Origin: an uncultured Methanosarcinales archaeon | GTDB lineage: Archaea; Nanobdellota; Nanobdellia; Woesearchaeales; B54-G15 | Length of the DNA stretch: 41,544 nucleotides | NCBI GenBank assembly: GCA_964519225.1 | Contig: CAZFJK010000006.1 | Coordinates: forward strand, 1-41,544 | Direction: 5' to 3' | Part shown: positions 9,673 through 18,920 of the stretch, piece after piece | Layout of the letters: every line of letters begins with the position of its first letter | How positions within the stretch are numbered: position 1 is the stretch's first letter | Made by a program: the position numbers and the translations under genes | The notes under the pieces: generated by a model | Databases searched by the model: none | Told to the model about the DNA's origin: nothing | Seen by the model: the letters and a program-made list of their open reading frames with translations, nothing else

Positions 9673-10368
9673 TCATATTTTATGCAAGTTGTACCAGTAG
9701 CATTGCCTTCTTATATTTCCATCTGGCCAGAGGTATCTTGCGTTTATGTATTTGTTCGCATCTGCAAAATCCCATACAACTATCTTTTTGTCTTTATATA
9801 TGTATTCTTGTTGATTAAAAATTTTCCTTCCTGTTCTTTTTAATTTTTTAATAAACTTTGGAGTTACTGGGTTAAATATGTTCTTTCTTATGGTGAATGA
9901 TATTGCAGGAACCTTATCAAAAAAAGACAGGTCGTCAAGAATCTTTTTATTCCCATTGTGATAAACTGTGCTAATTCTTACTTTGCTTTTGTTTTTTTTA
10001 ATGAAATCTATTGTTTTTTCATCAGGGTACTCATGTAAAGAAATGCATATCCGATAAAATGATTTTGTATTAATATATCTTAATTTATCTTTGGCGCAGG
10101 TATGTAAAGCTATTTTAAAATCTTTTTTGGCAATTTCTACAACTTCTTGAAAATTATCTACAAAAAGAGGGTCGCTTGTTGAGCCAGAGATGGATAAAGA
10201 TCTTGTTCGGTCTTTAAACAATTCTAAAAATATTTTTATTTTTTCCATAGAAGCAAAATGCGGTTTTTCTTTTTTTCTTATAGAATTTCCTACACAAAAT
10301 TTACAACCGATAGGACATACCCCTCCTGCTAATATACTTATATAATCATGATCATATCTTGTTCTCAT
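9673..10368 (-). CDS. Radical SAM protein of unknown function
   Basis: CPIGCKFC (CxxxCxxC); ISGSTSDP at the usual GGEP position; start moved to ATG 10368 because the track extension runs through the promoter into nrdJ. Confidence 0.85.
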   Translation of the reverse strand: MRTRYDHDYISILAGGVCPIGCKFCVGNSIRKKEKPHFASMEKIKIFLELFKDRTRSLSISGSTSDPLFVDNFQEVVEIAKKDFKIALHTCAKDKLRYINTKSFYRICISLHEYPDEKTIDFIKKNKSKVRISTVYHNGNKKILDDLSFFDKVPAISFTIRKNIFNPVTPKFIKKLKRTGRKIFNQQEYIYKDKKIVVWDFADANKYINARYLWPDGNIRRQCYWYNLHKI

Positions 10369-10376
10369 TTTCTGAC

Positions 10377-10397
10377 TTATTGTTATTTTTACTATAA
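10377..10397. promoter_or_regulatory. Candidate NrtR operator TTATTGT-TATTTTT-ACTATAA
   Basis: 21-bp imperfect palindrome with GT-N7-AC core, between TATA box TTTATAAA (10417-10424) and ATG 10368. Confidence 0.8.
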
Positions 10398-10463
10398 GAT
10401 ATTGTAGATTATACACTTTATAAAAATTGTTGTAATGTATAATACAAATAGAAACAAAAACAT

Positions 10464-12557
10464 CTAGTGAGGACAAACTCCTGGGCAGCCGCCGGCATAT
10501 TCTGCTTTTGCAATGACATATTTTTCTTTTGGTGGTTTTGCGAAATATAGAACCTGTTTAGGCTTACTGCCATAGCGATACACAGTAATACCTTTGCATT
10601 TTAGTTTATATGCCAGCTCGTACGCTTTTTGAACATCATCGATAGTTGCTTTAGTTGGCAGATTTATTGTTTTGCTTACAGCATTATCTGTATAACGTTG
10701 AAAAGCTGCTTGTATTCTAACATGCCATTCTGGAGTTATGTCAAAGGCTGTTCTGAAAAGCTGTTTTACATCTCTAGGTATTTTAGCTATGTTTTGCAAT
10801 GAGCCTGTTTTTGCTATTTTATCAAGAAGGTCTGCAGAATAAAATCCGCGTTCTTTTGCTATCCTTTCAAAAAGCGGACTAACTTCAAATAATCTTTTTC
10901 CACCAAGTACTTCACGCATAAAAGATATTGCAAACAAAGGTTCTATACCTGAAGAACAGCCTGCGATTATGCTTATGCTTCCTGTTGGTGCTATTGTTGT
11001 GCATGTTGCATTTCTTAATGCTTTATAGCGATCTGCCCAGATACTTTTGTCAAAATTGGGAAAAGAGCCGCGTTCTTCTGCAAGTTCGATTGATTTTTCT
11101 CTTGCTGTAGTTGAGATGAACCTCATTAATTTTTCTGCAAGTTGAAGTGCTTTTTGACTGTCATATTTGATTCCAAGCATTATTAACATTTCTGCCCAAC
11201 CCATTATGCCGAGACCGATTTTTCTGTTTGCTAAAGTCTTTTCTTTAATTTGTTTTAGAGGGAATTTGTTCACGTCGATTACGTTGTCGAGAAAATGAAC
11301 TGCATTTCTTACAGTTATTCTGAGTTTTTCCCAGTCGATCTTTCCATTTGATACAAACTTTGTAAGATTTATGCTACCGAGATTGCAGCTTTCGTATGGC
11401 AGTAAGGGTTGTTCGCTACAAGGATTCGTCGACTCAATTCTTCCTATTGAAGGAGTTGGATTATGTCTGTTTATTTCGTCGATAAAAATTGCTCCGGGAT
11501 CACCAGTGCGCCAGGCGTTTTCTGTTATTAAATGCCATATTTTTCTTGCATTTAGTTTTCTTACAGGTTTGCCTGTTCTCGGGTTTATTAGTTTGTAATC
11601 AGCGTTTCGCTTTACTGCAGACATGAATTCATCACTTACTGCAACTGAAATGTTAAAGTTATCAAGAATTCCTGGTATGCCTTTTGCTGTGATGAACTCA
11701 ACTATGTCTGGATGATCTACGCGTAAAATACCCATCATCGCTCCTCTACGCTTTCCACCTGCTTTAATGACTTCTGTTGCGATGTTATAGACGCGCATAA
11801 AGCTTACAGGTCCTGATGCAACGCCTTTTGTGCTTTTAACGATATCTCCTCTTGGTCTTAATTTAGTAAAGGTAAAGCCGACACCGCCACCGGTTTGCTC
11901 GATTAGAGCCATGTGCTTTAATGTTGTGAATATGCTTTCGAGCGAGTCCTCTATTGGCAGAACAAAACAGGCAGAAAGCTGTCCCATTGGTGTTCCTGCA
12001 TTGAACAAGGTTGGTGAATTCGGAAGAAATTCCAGTTTTGTCATCATTAAAAAAAATGTTTTTTCTGTTTCACGTGGATTCTTGCCGTAGCGTTTATCAG
12101 CTTTTGCAACTGTAGTTGCTACACGCATAAAAAGCTGCTTTGGTGTTTCTATGATTTTTCCTGTTTCGTCTTTTAGTAAATAGCGAGCTTTAAGAACTTC
12201 AAGAGCGTTTACTGTAAGCTTCGGTTCTAGCGGCAAACCGAGTTCTTGTTTAATTTTTCTTAGTTCTGCTTTCTTTTTTCTGTAAGCAGAGTATTCGTTT
12301 GCTAAACGAATGTATTTTTTCTTTTTTAGAAGCGCAATAACTCTATCCTGAATTTGTTCAATCGATGGAATCTTTTCTCTGTCAAAGAATTCTTTCTGAA
12401 GCTGCTTTGAAATGTCTCGCGTTATTGTTTTAGCAATGCGCTTTGCTTCATCTTTAGAAATGCCCATTGCAATAGCTGCTTTTTGAATTGCATGTTCTAT
12501 CTTTCTTGGCTGAAATGATTCAAGCTCGCCTGTTCTTTTTCTGACAAACCTATGCAT
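10464..12557 (-). CDS. nrdJ: Class II (adenosylcobalamin-dependent) ribonucleotide reductase with N-terminal ATP cone
   Basis: VRKRTG ATP cone, [54 protein letters not shown]-terminal CxxxC. Confidence 0.95.
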   Translation of the reverse strand: MHRFVRKRTGELESFQPRKIEHAIQKAAIAMGISKDEAKRIAKTITRDISKQLQKEFFDREKIPSIEQIQDRVIALLKKKKYIRLANEYSAYRKKKAELRKIKQELGLPLEPKLTVNALEVLKARYLLKDETGKIIETPKQLFMRVATTVAKADKRYGKNPRETEKTFFLMMTKLEFLPNSPTLFNAGTPMGQLSACFVLPIEDSLESIFTTLKHMALIEQTGGGVGFTFTKLRPRGDIVKSTKGVASGPVSFMRVYNIATEVIKAGGKRRGAMMGILRVDHPDIVEFITAKGIPGILDNFNISVAVSDEFMSAVKRNADYKLINPRTGKPVRKLNARKIWHLITENAWRTGDPGAIFIDEINRHNPTPSIGRIESTNPCSEQPLLPYESCNLGSINLTKFVSNGKIDWEKLRITVRNAVHFLDNVIDVNKFPLKQIKEKTLANRKIGLGIMGWAEMLIMLGIKYDSQKALQLAEKLMRFISTTAREKSIELAEERGSFPNFDKSIWADRYKALRNATCTTIAPTGSISIIAGCSSGIEPLFAISFMREVLGGKRLFEVSPLFERIAKERGFYSADLLDKIAKTGSLQNIAKIPRDVKQLFRTAFDITPEWHVRIQAAFQRYTDNAVSKTINLPTKATIDDVQKAYELAYKLKCKGITVYRYGSKPKQVLYFAKPPKEKYVIAKAEYAGGCPGVCPH

Positions 12558-12595
12558 TAAGTTTAGAATAAAAAGGAAGTATAAAAAAGTTGATG

Positions 12596-12775
12596 CTAAG
12601 ATTTTGATTTAATTAGCTTGCTGTATTGACCTTCTAATAGAATTTTCTGCTGTTCGCTCCAGTCCTTATCTGAATGCGTTTTGATATAGTTTGCCCAGAA
12701 TTTAATGAAGTTTATTCTATCTTCTTTTGATGTTTTTCCTGGAATGAGTTTCATTTTTCTTTCAGCTTTTTGCAT
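12596..12775 (-). CDS. 59-aa hypothetical protein (not in ORF track)
   Basis: MQKAERKMKLIPGKTSKEDRINFIKFWANYIKTHSDKDWSEQQKILLEGQYSKLIKSKS*; fills the lgt-nrdJ gap, co-oriented. Confidence 0.65.
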   Translation of the reverse strand: MQKAERKMKLIPGKTSKEDRINFIKFWANYIKTHSDKDWSEQQKILLEGQYSKLIKSKS

Positions 12776-12795
12776 GGCTTTTTCAGATTTTACTT

Positions 12796-13572
12796 TTACT
12801 TTAATTTTCTAATTTTCCATCTAACAAGAACTGGAATAGCTACTGCGATCATTCCTAGGCAGAGCCACTGACCTTTGCTTAAGCCAAGGAAATAGTAATC
12901 CCAATAGCGGAAGAATTCGATTGAGAAGCGAAGAATGCCGTAAAGCAGAATGAAATGCCAGAACACAATGCCATCTCTAAGCTGCTTTGCGAACTTTCTT
13001 TTGAGAATGAACCTTAAGATAAAGAAGTTAAAAAGGTTTTTTCCTGCTTCGTATAGCTGCGAAGGATGCCTACAACCAGGTGCTGTTGGAAAACGAACAC
13101 ACCAAGGAACCTTGCTTATTTTTCCGTAAAGCTCTGCGTTAATAAAATTTCCAATTCTGCCAAAGAATAAAGCCAGCGATGTTGAAACAGCAAGTACATC
13201 AGCAAGTTGGTAAAATGAGATTTTTCGTTTCTTGCAGAAAATCCAGCCCATTAAAACAGCGCCAAGCAAACCGCCATGAAAACTTAAACCGCCATGCCAG
13301 ATAGCAAAGATTTCTAAGGGATGCGTGAAATAATAGCGTGGTTCGTAGTAAAGAACTTGCATTGCTCTTGAGCCGAGCAAAACGCCAAGAAGCAAATAAA
13401 GTATAAGTTCTGCTAGATGTTCTCGTTTCAGGTTTTTTATTCTGTTTGTTTTGATGGCATTTAGAAGAAAAAGATATGCAAGGAAAAACCCAAATACAAA
13501 GATGATGCCATACCATCTAACCTGAAAAGGACCGACTGAAAAGGCAACTGGATTTATTCGGTGGGTAAACAT
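12796..13572 (-). CDS. lgt: Prolipoprotein diacylglyceryl transferase
   Basis: VRWYG, WHGGLSFHGG, GRIGNFINAELYG, RHPSQLYE, YGILRFSIEFFR, GQWL. Confidence 0.95.
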   Translation of the reverse strand: MFTHRINPVAFSVGPFQVRWYGIIFVFGFFLAYLFLLNAIKTNRIKNLKREHLAELILYLLLGVLLGSRAMQVLYYEPRYYFTHPLEIFAIWHGGLSFHGGLLGAVLMGWIFCKKRKISFYQLADVLAVSTSLALFFGRIGNFINAELYGKISKVPWCVRFPTAPGCRHPSQLYEAGKNLFNFFILRFILKRKFAKQLRDGIVFWHFILLYGILRFSIEFFRYWDYYFLGLSKGQWLCLGMIAVAIPVLVRWKIRKLK

Positions 13573-13618
13573 TTGTTTTCCCTTATTCTTCTAGCAAGAA
13601 CGATTAAAAATTTTCCGA

Positions 13619-13896
13619 TTGATTCCTGATCCAAAGACTGAAGCAGAAGTAGGCAGCATGTGTTCTAGAATGATTGACATTTCGCTTTTTCATAAACTTC
13701 CGATATATATCCAACATAGTGTATTGAGGGATGGAATTGTTTTGTATTTGAAGAAAGAAGATGAAGATTTTTGTAGAAAAGTCGTATTTAAAGTTATAAG
13801 AAACTACCTTGAAATGGAATGGATTTACAGAAAACGACTTAAAGAGGTGTTTGGATGAAGCGAAAGAACAAAAAATTAGAAAAAATAAAAGATTAA
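13619..13896 (+). pseudogene. Remnant of an MNT-HEPN type toxin-antitoxin pair
   Basis: IDISLFHKLPIYIQHSVLRDGIVLY resembles a minimal nucleotidyltransferase C-terminal half; GS/DxD N-terminus absent (in-frame TAG at 13592); GAGGTG plus ATGA overlap opens a 13-aa stub. Confidence 0.55.
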
Positions 13897-15154
13897 CAGG
13901 TTCCGCTCGAAGCAGTTGATTCTGCGCTTAATGTTTTACTACAACCTTTTAAGTTCGAGTTGTATTGACAGAATTGCTGTTTTATTGCCTCAGCTGTTCT
14001 TCTTCCTGTGCTTTCATCGACGCCACTAATTGTATATTTGTTGTTTACTAAGAAAGTTGGACTTGCTCCTATCTTAAGTTGTTGTGCAAGCTTAATATCT
14101 TCACTCAATAGTTTTTTTCCTTCATCGCCTTCGGCGCATTTCTTGATTTTATCCACATCCATGCCTGCTTTCTTTGCACAGCTTTCCCAATCCTTGCTTT
14201 GAATGTCTTTGTTTCTACACCAAATATAGTCAAGATATTTGTTGCCTTTTTTGTAGTATTTCTTTGCACAAAGCTGTCTTATATTTTCTTCTACCTCTGC
14301 TGGTCCGTGTAATGATACAAATGTTCCGTTCGAGATTTCATTTGCTATGTAGTGAATGTCGAATTTTATATCTTTACCAAAGGCATCAAGAACTTCTTTC
14401 ATCAAATTTACTGCCTGTGTCCCAAATGGACATTGGCTCATTATGAATAGGTCAAGTTTTCCTTTTTCTTCTGGTCTNNNNNNNNNNNNNNNNNNNNNNN
14501 NNNNNNNNNNNNNNNNNNNNNNNNNNNNNNNNNNNNNNNNNNNNNNNNNNNNNNNNNNNNNNNNNNNNNNNNNNNNNCAATACGCAAAGAATAGTAATCT
14601 CCAACCTGATCAAGATATGGTTGTAATTGGGCATATGCTGCTTGATTTTCAACGTCTTTATTGAATAAAACTGCTGGTAGATATTGAAGATTTAGTTCTT
14701 CATAAAGCGCTTTTCCTTCAGGGCTGCTATAGTCAAGTTCTTCGAATTCTATGCCCGGCAGAATCATTGAAAGCTGTGCTTTTAGCTGAGTAACGTCGCA
14801 TTCCTTACAGCGCTGATCGTTTAGTACAATTGCCTTAAAGCTAGTCACTGCTTTTCCTGTAGGACCAAATCTAAAGCCGTGTGTTAAAATCGATAAGATC
14901 AGCAGAATACCAAGAATAAACGTTAGGATTTTCCATATTCTTCCTGGCTTTGCTTCTTTCTTGATTGGTTCAGGAGAAACAGCAGTTACTTCCTTATTGT
15001 TTGTAATTTCTTCAACTTCTTTAACAGCTTCGGCTTCAACTTCTTTTACTTCCTCTTTTTTCTCTGGTTCTTGAACGTTTGATTCTGTGTTTTCAGGTTG
15101 AATGTCTTCCTGTTTTGGTTGAATGTCTTCTGGTTTTGGTTCATCGTCTGACAT
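13893..15154 (-). CDS. Membrane-anchored thioredoxin-fold (DsbA-like) protein interrupted by the assembly gap
   Basis: Acidic N-tail, TM helix, RCKEC, then after the gap LFIMSQCPFG and IGASPTFLVN; the two track ORFs probably form one gene; AGGTGG before ATG 15154. Confidence 0.7.
14478..14577. other. Scaffold gap (100 N)
   Basis: Run of 100 n. Confidence 1.
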
Positions 15155-15268
15155 TAAAACCACCTTTAAAAAAAAACAATTTCAATTCGAAAATAATGAT
15201 GTTTTTAAAGTTTTTTGTGATGGAGAAGGCAAAACTTTATTAATGTTCTTTTAAAAGACAGATAAAAA

Positions 15269-18200
15269 ATGCCAGAAGAAAGGTATGATCCGCTGCAGGT
15301 TGAGAAGGAAGTACTTGATTTTTGGCAAAAGAACGAAATATATAGAAAGGTAAAGGAAAAGAACAGAGGAAAAGAAAAATTCTATTTTTTAGATGGTCCT
15401 CCGTATACAAGCGGAAGGGTTCATATAGGTACTGCCTGGAATAAGGCATTCAAGGATATGTTTCTTCGATATAAAAGGATGAAAGGCTTCGATGTTTGGG
15501 ACAGAGCTGGTTATGATATGCATGGTTTGCCTGTTGAACATGCTGTTGAAGAAAAGCTCGGAATAAAACACAAGGATGAAATTCCAAAGTTCGGTGTTGC
15601 GCGGTTTATTGAAGAATGCAGAAATTTTGCTTTAACGAATGCTAAACTGATGAGTGAAGATTTTAAGCGACTCGGCGTATGGATGGATTTTGATAATGCT
15701 TACATGAGTATTAAGAATGAATTTATTGAAGGTGTTTGGTTCCTTGTTAAAAAAGCATATGAAAAAGGAAGGTTGTATCTTGGAGAAAAGGTTATGCACT
15801 GGTGTCCAAAGTGTGCTACTGCTCTGGCAAAGCATGAATTGGAGTATAAGAAGATAAAGGATACCAGCGTATTTCTGAAGTTTAAGATAAAAGGAAAAGA
15901 AAATGAATACTTGGTCATTTGGACAACAACGCCGTGGACAATTCCATTTAATCTTGGAGTTATGGTCCATCCTGAATTTGATTATGTTAAAGCTAAAGTG
16001 GATGATGAATACTGGATTGTTGCAAAAGGCTTGGCAGGAGCTTTTATTCAAGGTGTTGTTGGAAAAAAGCTTGAAATAGTTGATGAGTTTAAAGGCAGGG
16101 AACTTGAAGGCCTTGAATACGAACATCCGCTATACGAAGAACTCAAAGAGATTTATGACAAATTGAAAAAAGAACATCCTAATGTTCATACTGTTGTTCT
16201 TTCAGAAGAGTATGTTGATCTTTCTGCTGGCACTGGTTTAGTGCATATGGCTCCTGGTTGTGGGCCAGAAGACTATGAAGTAGGTCATAGATATAAGATT
16301 CCGCCGTTTAACAATCTTGATGAAGAAGGAAGATTTCCAGCTGAGATGGGAAGGTTTGCTGGATTTGTTGCAAGAAAGGATGATGAAAGATTCATCGAAG
16401 AATTTGAGAAAGTTGGTTGTTTGATAGCAAAAAGTGATGTCGAGCACGAATATGCACATTGTTGGCGATGCAAGCAACCTGTTATTTTTAGAACAACACA
16501 GCAATGGTTTTTCAAGATTGAAGATTTGATTGAGATGATGAGGGAACTGAATAAAAAAGTAAAGTGGGTTCCTGAATGGGCAGGAAGCAAACAGTTTGAC
16601 AATTGGTTGGCAAACTTAAGGGATAATAGCATAACAAGACAACGCTACTGGGGAACGCCTGTGCCGATATGGAAATGCGATAAGTGCGGTGCGTTTATTG
16701 TTATTGGTTCTGTTAAAGAGCTTAAAGAGCATGCTGCTGTTCCTGAAGACTTGCACAGACCATGGATAGACGATGTTACATTCAGATGCAAGCATTGCGA
16801 TGGCACTATGCACAGAATCGCTGATGTTCTTGATGTTTGGATTGATGCAGGAACTACAAGCTGGACATGCCTTGATTATCCGCAGAGAGAAGATTTATTC
16901 AAGCAATTGTGGCCTGCTGATTTCATACTTGAAGGCAAGGATCAGATCAGGGGATGGTTTAATTTATTGCTGATAGCTTCGATGATTGCTTTTGAAAAAC
17001 ATAGCTACAAAGCAGTTTATATGCATGGTTTTGTTAACGATGCTCTCGGCAGAAAGATGAGTAAAAGCTTAGGCAATGTTATCTCACCTTATGAAGTTAT
17101 CGATAAGTACGGTGCTGATGTTCTCAGGTATTATATGGTTGGCGGTGCCGAACCTGGAGTTGATATAAATTATAATTTTGAAGACATGAGGGTTAAAGCC
17201 AGAAATTTAAGCGTTCTTTGGAACACTTACAGATTCGTGCTTGATCTTGCAAAGCAGGTTCAGTTAAAGGAGTTCGATGCTAATGCTTTTGGAACAGAAG
17301 AGAAATATATCTTTTCGAGATTGAATAGTACAATAAGAAGAGTAACTGAATTGTTTGATAACTATGTTTTGAATGAAGTTCCAATAGAGATTGAAAAGTT
17401 GTTCCTTGATTTGAGCAGGGTTTACATAAAACTTGTTAGAGAGAAATTGATTGATGAGAAAAACAAAGAGCTTGTTCTGTATACGTGCTTTAAAGTACTG
17501 CTTGAATGCTTGAAGCTTTTTGCACCTGTTGCTCCATTTATCTGCGAAAGGATCTATCAGGGCTTAAGAAAGGTGTTTGATCTTAAGATAGAAAGTATTC
17601 ACCTATTTGATTGGCCTTGTTTTGATAGCAAATTAATCAATATAGAACTTGAAGAAAAATTCGATTTGATGAATAGAATAATTAGCGCTATTCTTGCTGT
17701 GAGGGATAAAATCAAGAGAGGTGTAAGATGGCCTTTAAGTAAGGTCGTTGTTGTTGGTAGTGAGAAAATAAGAAATGTTGCTGAAGATTTTGCAGAACTG
17801 ATTAAGCGTCAAGCAAATGTTAAAGAGCTTATTGCTGAAGAAAGCTTTGGCAGGCTTGAAAAGGTTAAGGCAGATTTCTTAAAAATTGAGAGCGAATTTG
17901 ACGAAAAAACTGCTGCAAAGGTTATAGCTGCAATTGCCACAACGTCAGCTGAAACCATAGCTGAGCATATCAGCAAAGAAGGCAAGTTCGAAGTTGAGGC
18001 TGATGGAAAGAAAGTCGCTATCAAGAAAGAACACCTGATATTTGAGCATAGCATACCTAAAAATTACGAGTCTGAAGAATTTTATGGTGGAAAGGTTTAT
18101 GTAGATGTTGAGCTTACTCCTGAGCTTGAGGCAGAAGGTTATGCAAGAGAACTTGCAAGAAGAATTCAAATCTTGCGGAAAAAGGCAGGACTTGAAAAAA

Positions 18201-18400
18201 GGCAGAAAATAGTATTGCACGTAAAAGCCGATGAAGATATTGTAAATATGCTAAGGAATTTTGAAGAACAGATTATGTTAAAGGTTGGTGCAGAACATAT
18301 GAAAATTACAACGATGAAACCTGCCAGAAAATATGAATGGGTTTCAATCGAAAAGATTAAAAATAAAGAATTACAAATTGCATTCGACCTTTCCAGCTAA
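15269..18400 (+). CDS. ileS: Isoleucine--tRNA ligase (archaeal type)
   Basis: DGPPY, HIGT (HIGH-type), WTTTPWT, GTGLVH, EGKDQIRGWF, KMSKS. Confidence 0.97.
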   Translation: MPEERYDPLQVEKEVLDFWQKNEIYRKVKEKNRGKEKFYFLDGPPYTSGRVHIGTAWNKAFKDMFLRYKRMKGFDVWDRAGYDMHGLPVEHAVEEKLGIKHKDEIPKFGVARFIEECRNFALTNAKLMSEDFKRLGVWMDFDNAYMSIKNEFIEGVWFLVKKAYEKGRLYLGEKVMHWCPKCATALAKHELEYKKIKDTSVFLKFKIKGKENEYLVIWTTTPWTIPFNLGVMVHPEFDYVKAKVDDEYWIVAKGLAGAFIQGVVGKKLEIVDEFKGRELEGLEYEHPLYEELKEIYDKLKKEHPNVHTVVLSEEYVDLSAGTGLVHMAPGCGPEDYEVGHRYKIPPFNNLDEEGRFPAEMGRFAGFVARKDDERFIEEFEKVGCLIAKSDVEHEYAHCWRCKQPVIFRTTQQWFFKIEDLIEMMRELNKKVKWVPEWAGSKQFDNWLANLRDNSITRQRYWGTPVPIWKCDKCGAFIVIGSVKELKEHAAVPEDLHRPWIDDVTFRCKHCDGTMHRIADVLDVWIDAGTTSWTCLDYPQREDLFKQLWPADFILEGKDQIRGWFNLLLIASMIAFEKHSYKAVYMHGFVNDALGRKMSKSLGNVISPYEVIDKYGADVLRYYMVGGAEPGVDINYNFEDMRVKARNLSVLWNTYRFVLDLAKQVQLKEFDANAFGTEEKYIFSRLNSTIRRVTELFDNYVLNEVPIEIEKLFLDLSRVYIKLVREKLIDEKNKELVLYTCFKVLLECLKLFAPVAPFICERIYQGLRKVFDLKIESIHLFDWPCFDSKLINIELEEKFDLMNRIISAILAVRDKIKRGVRWPLSKVVVVGSEKIRNVAEDFAELIKRQANVKELIAEESFGRLEKVKADFLKIESEFDEKTAAKVIAAIATTSAETIAEHISKEGKFEVEADGKKVAIKKEHLIFEHSIPKNYESEEFYGGKVYVDVELTPELEAEGYARELARRIQILRKKAGLEKRQKIVLHVKADEDIVNMLRNFEEQIMLKVGAEHMKITTMKPARKYEWVSIEKIKNKELQIAFDLSS

Positions 18401-18426
18401 TAACTAAAATATTTGGGGTGGTACTT

Positions 18427-18612
18427 ATGAGCGAGCTTTGCAAGAATTGCGACAATTGGAAAAGATTTGGTGAGAACTGTTGGTTCTATTGGAAGGGAAA
18501 GAGAAGATGCACGCAGTTTGTTGATCCAAATAATTTTAAGCAAAAATTTATTGATTTAGATGAAGAAATAAGTATGTTGATAGAAAAAGCAAGGGCGGTG
18601 TTAAACAAATGA
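18427..18612 (+). CDS. Small Cys-rich hypothetical protein
   Basis: CKNC...CWFYW...C; GGGGTGG before ATG 18427. Confidence 0.65.
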   Translation: MSELCKNCDNWKRFGENCWFYWKGKRRCTQFVDPNNFKQKFIDLDEEISMLIEKARAVLNK

Positions 18613-18869
18613 TAAAGGATGTATGTAAGCTAAGGGAATGCCCTGAATGTGGAAGCAGAAATGTGATTTGCAGCGAAACAAGAGAACAATTAATATGCAA
18701 AGACTGCGGATGCATCTTTGAACCTCTGCTTGAAGAAGAGGAGAAAAAGCTTGAAAAGGTTGCTGGAATCGAGGTTGAGGAAAAGGAAAAGAAAGTTAAG
18801 AGAAAAGGTACGGGCACGAAAGCAAGGAGAGTAAAGAAAACAAAAAAGGTAAAAAGAAAAAAGAGGTGA
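18609..18869 (+). CDS. Stand-alone TFIIB-type zinc-ribbon protein with basic tail
   Basis: CPECGS...LICKDCG; ATGA overlap with previous ORF; K/R-rich C-terminus. Confidence 0.8.
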   Translation: MIKDVCKLRECPECGSRNVICSETREQLICKDCGCIFEPLLEEEEKKLEKVAGIEVEEKEKKVKRKGTGTKARRVKKTKKVKRKKR

Positions 18870-18920
18870 AGTAGAGCAATTTCTGATTCTTATAGGGGGA
18901 AGTGTTCTCCTTGGTTTTGA

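Noticed and set aside
10369..10476. N-terminal extension of the radical SAM ORF
   Set aside because: Overlaps the nrdJ stop, the TATA box and the NrtR operator
14441..14664. Apparent frameshift or two genes at the DsbA-like locus
   Set aside because: Explained by the placeholder 100-N gap
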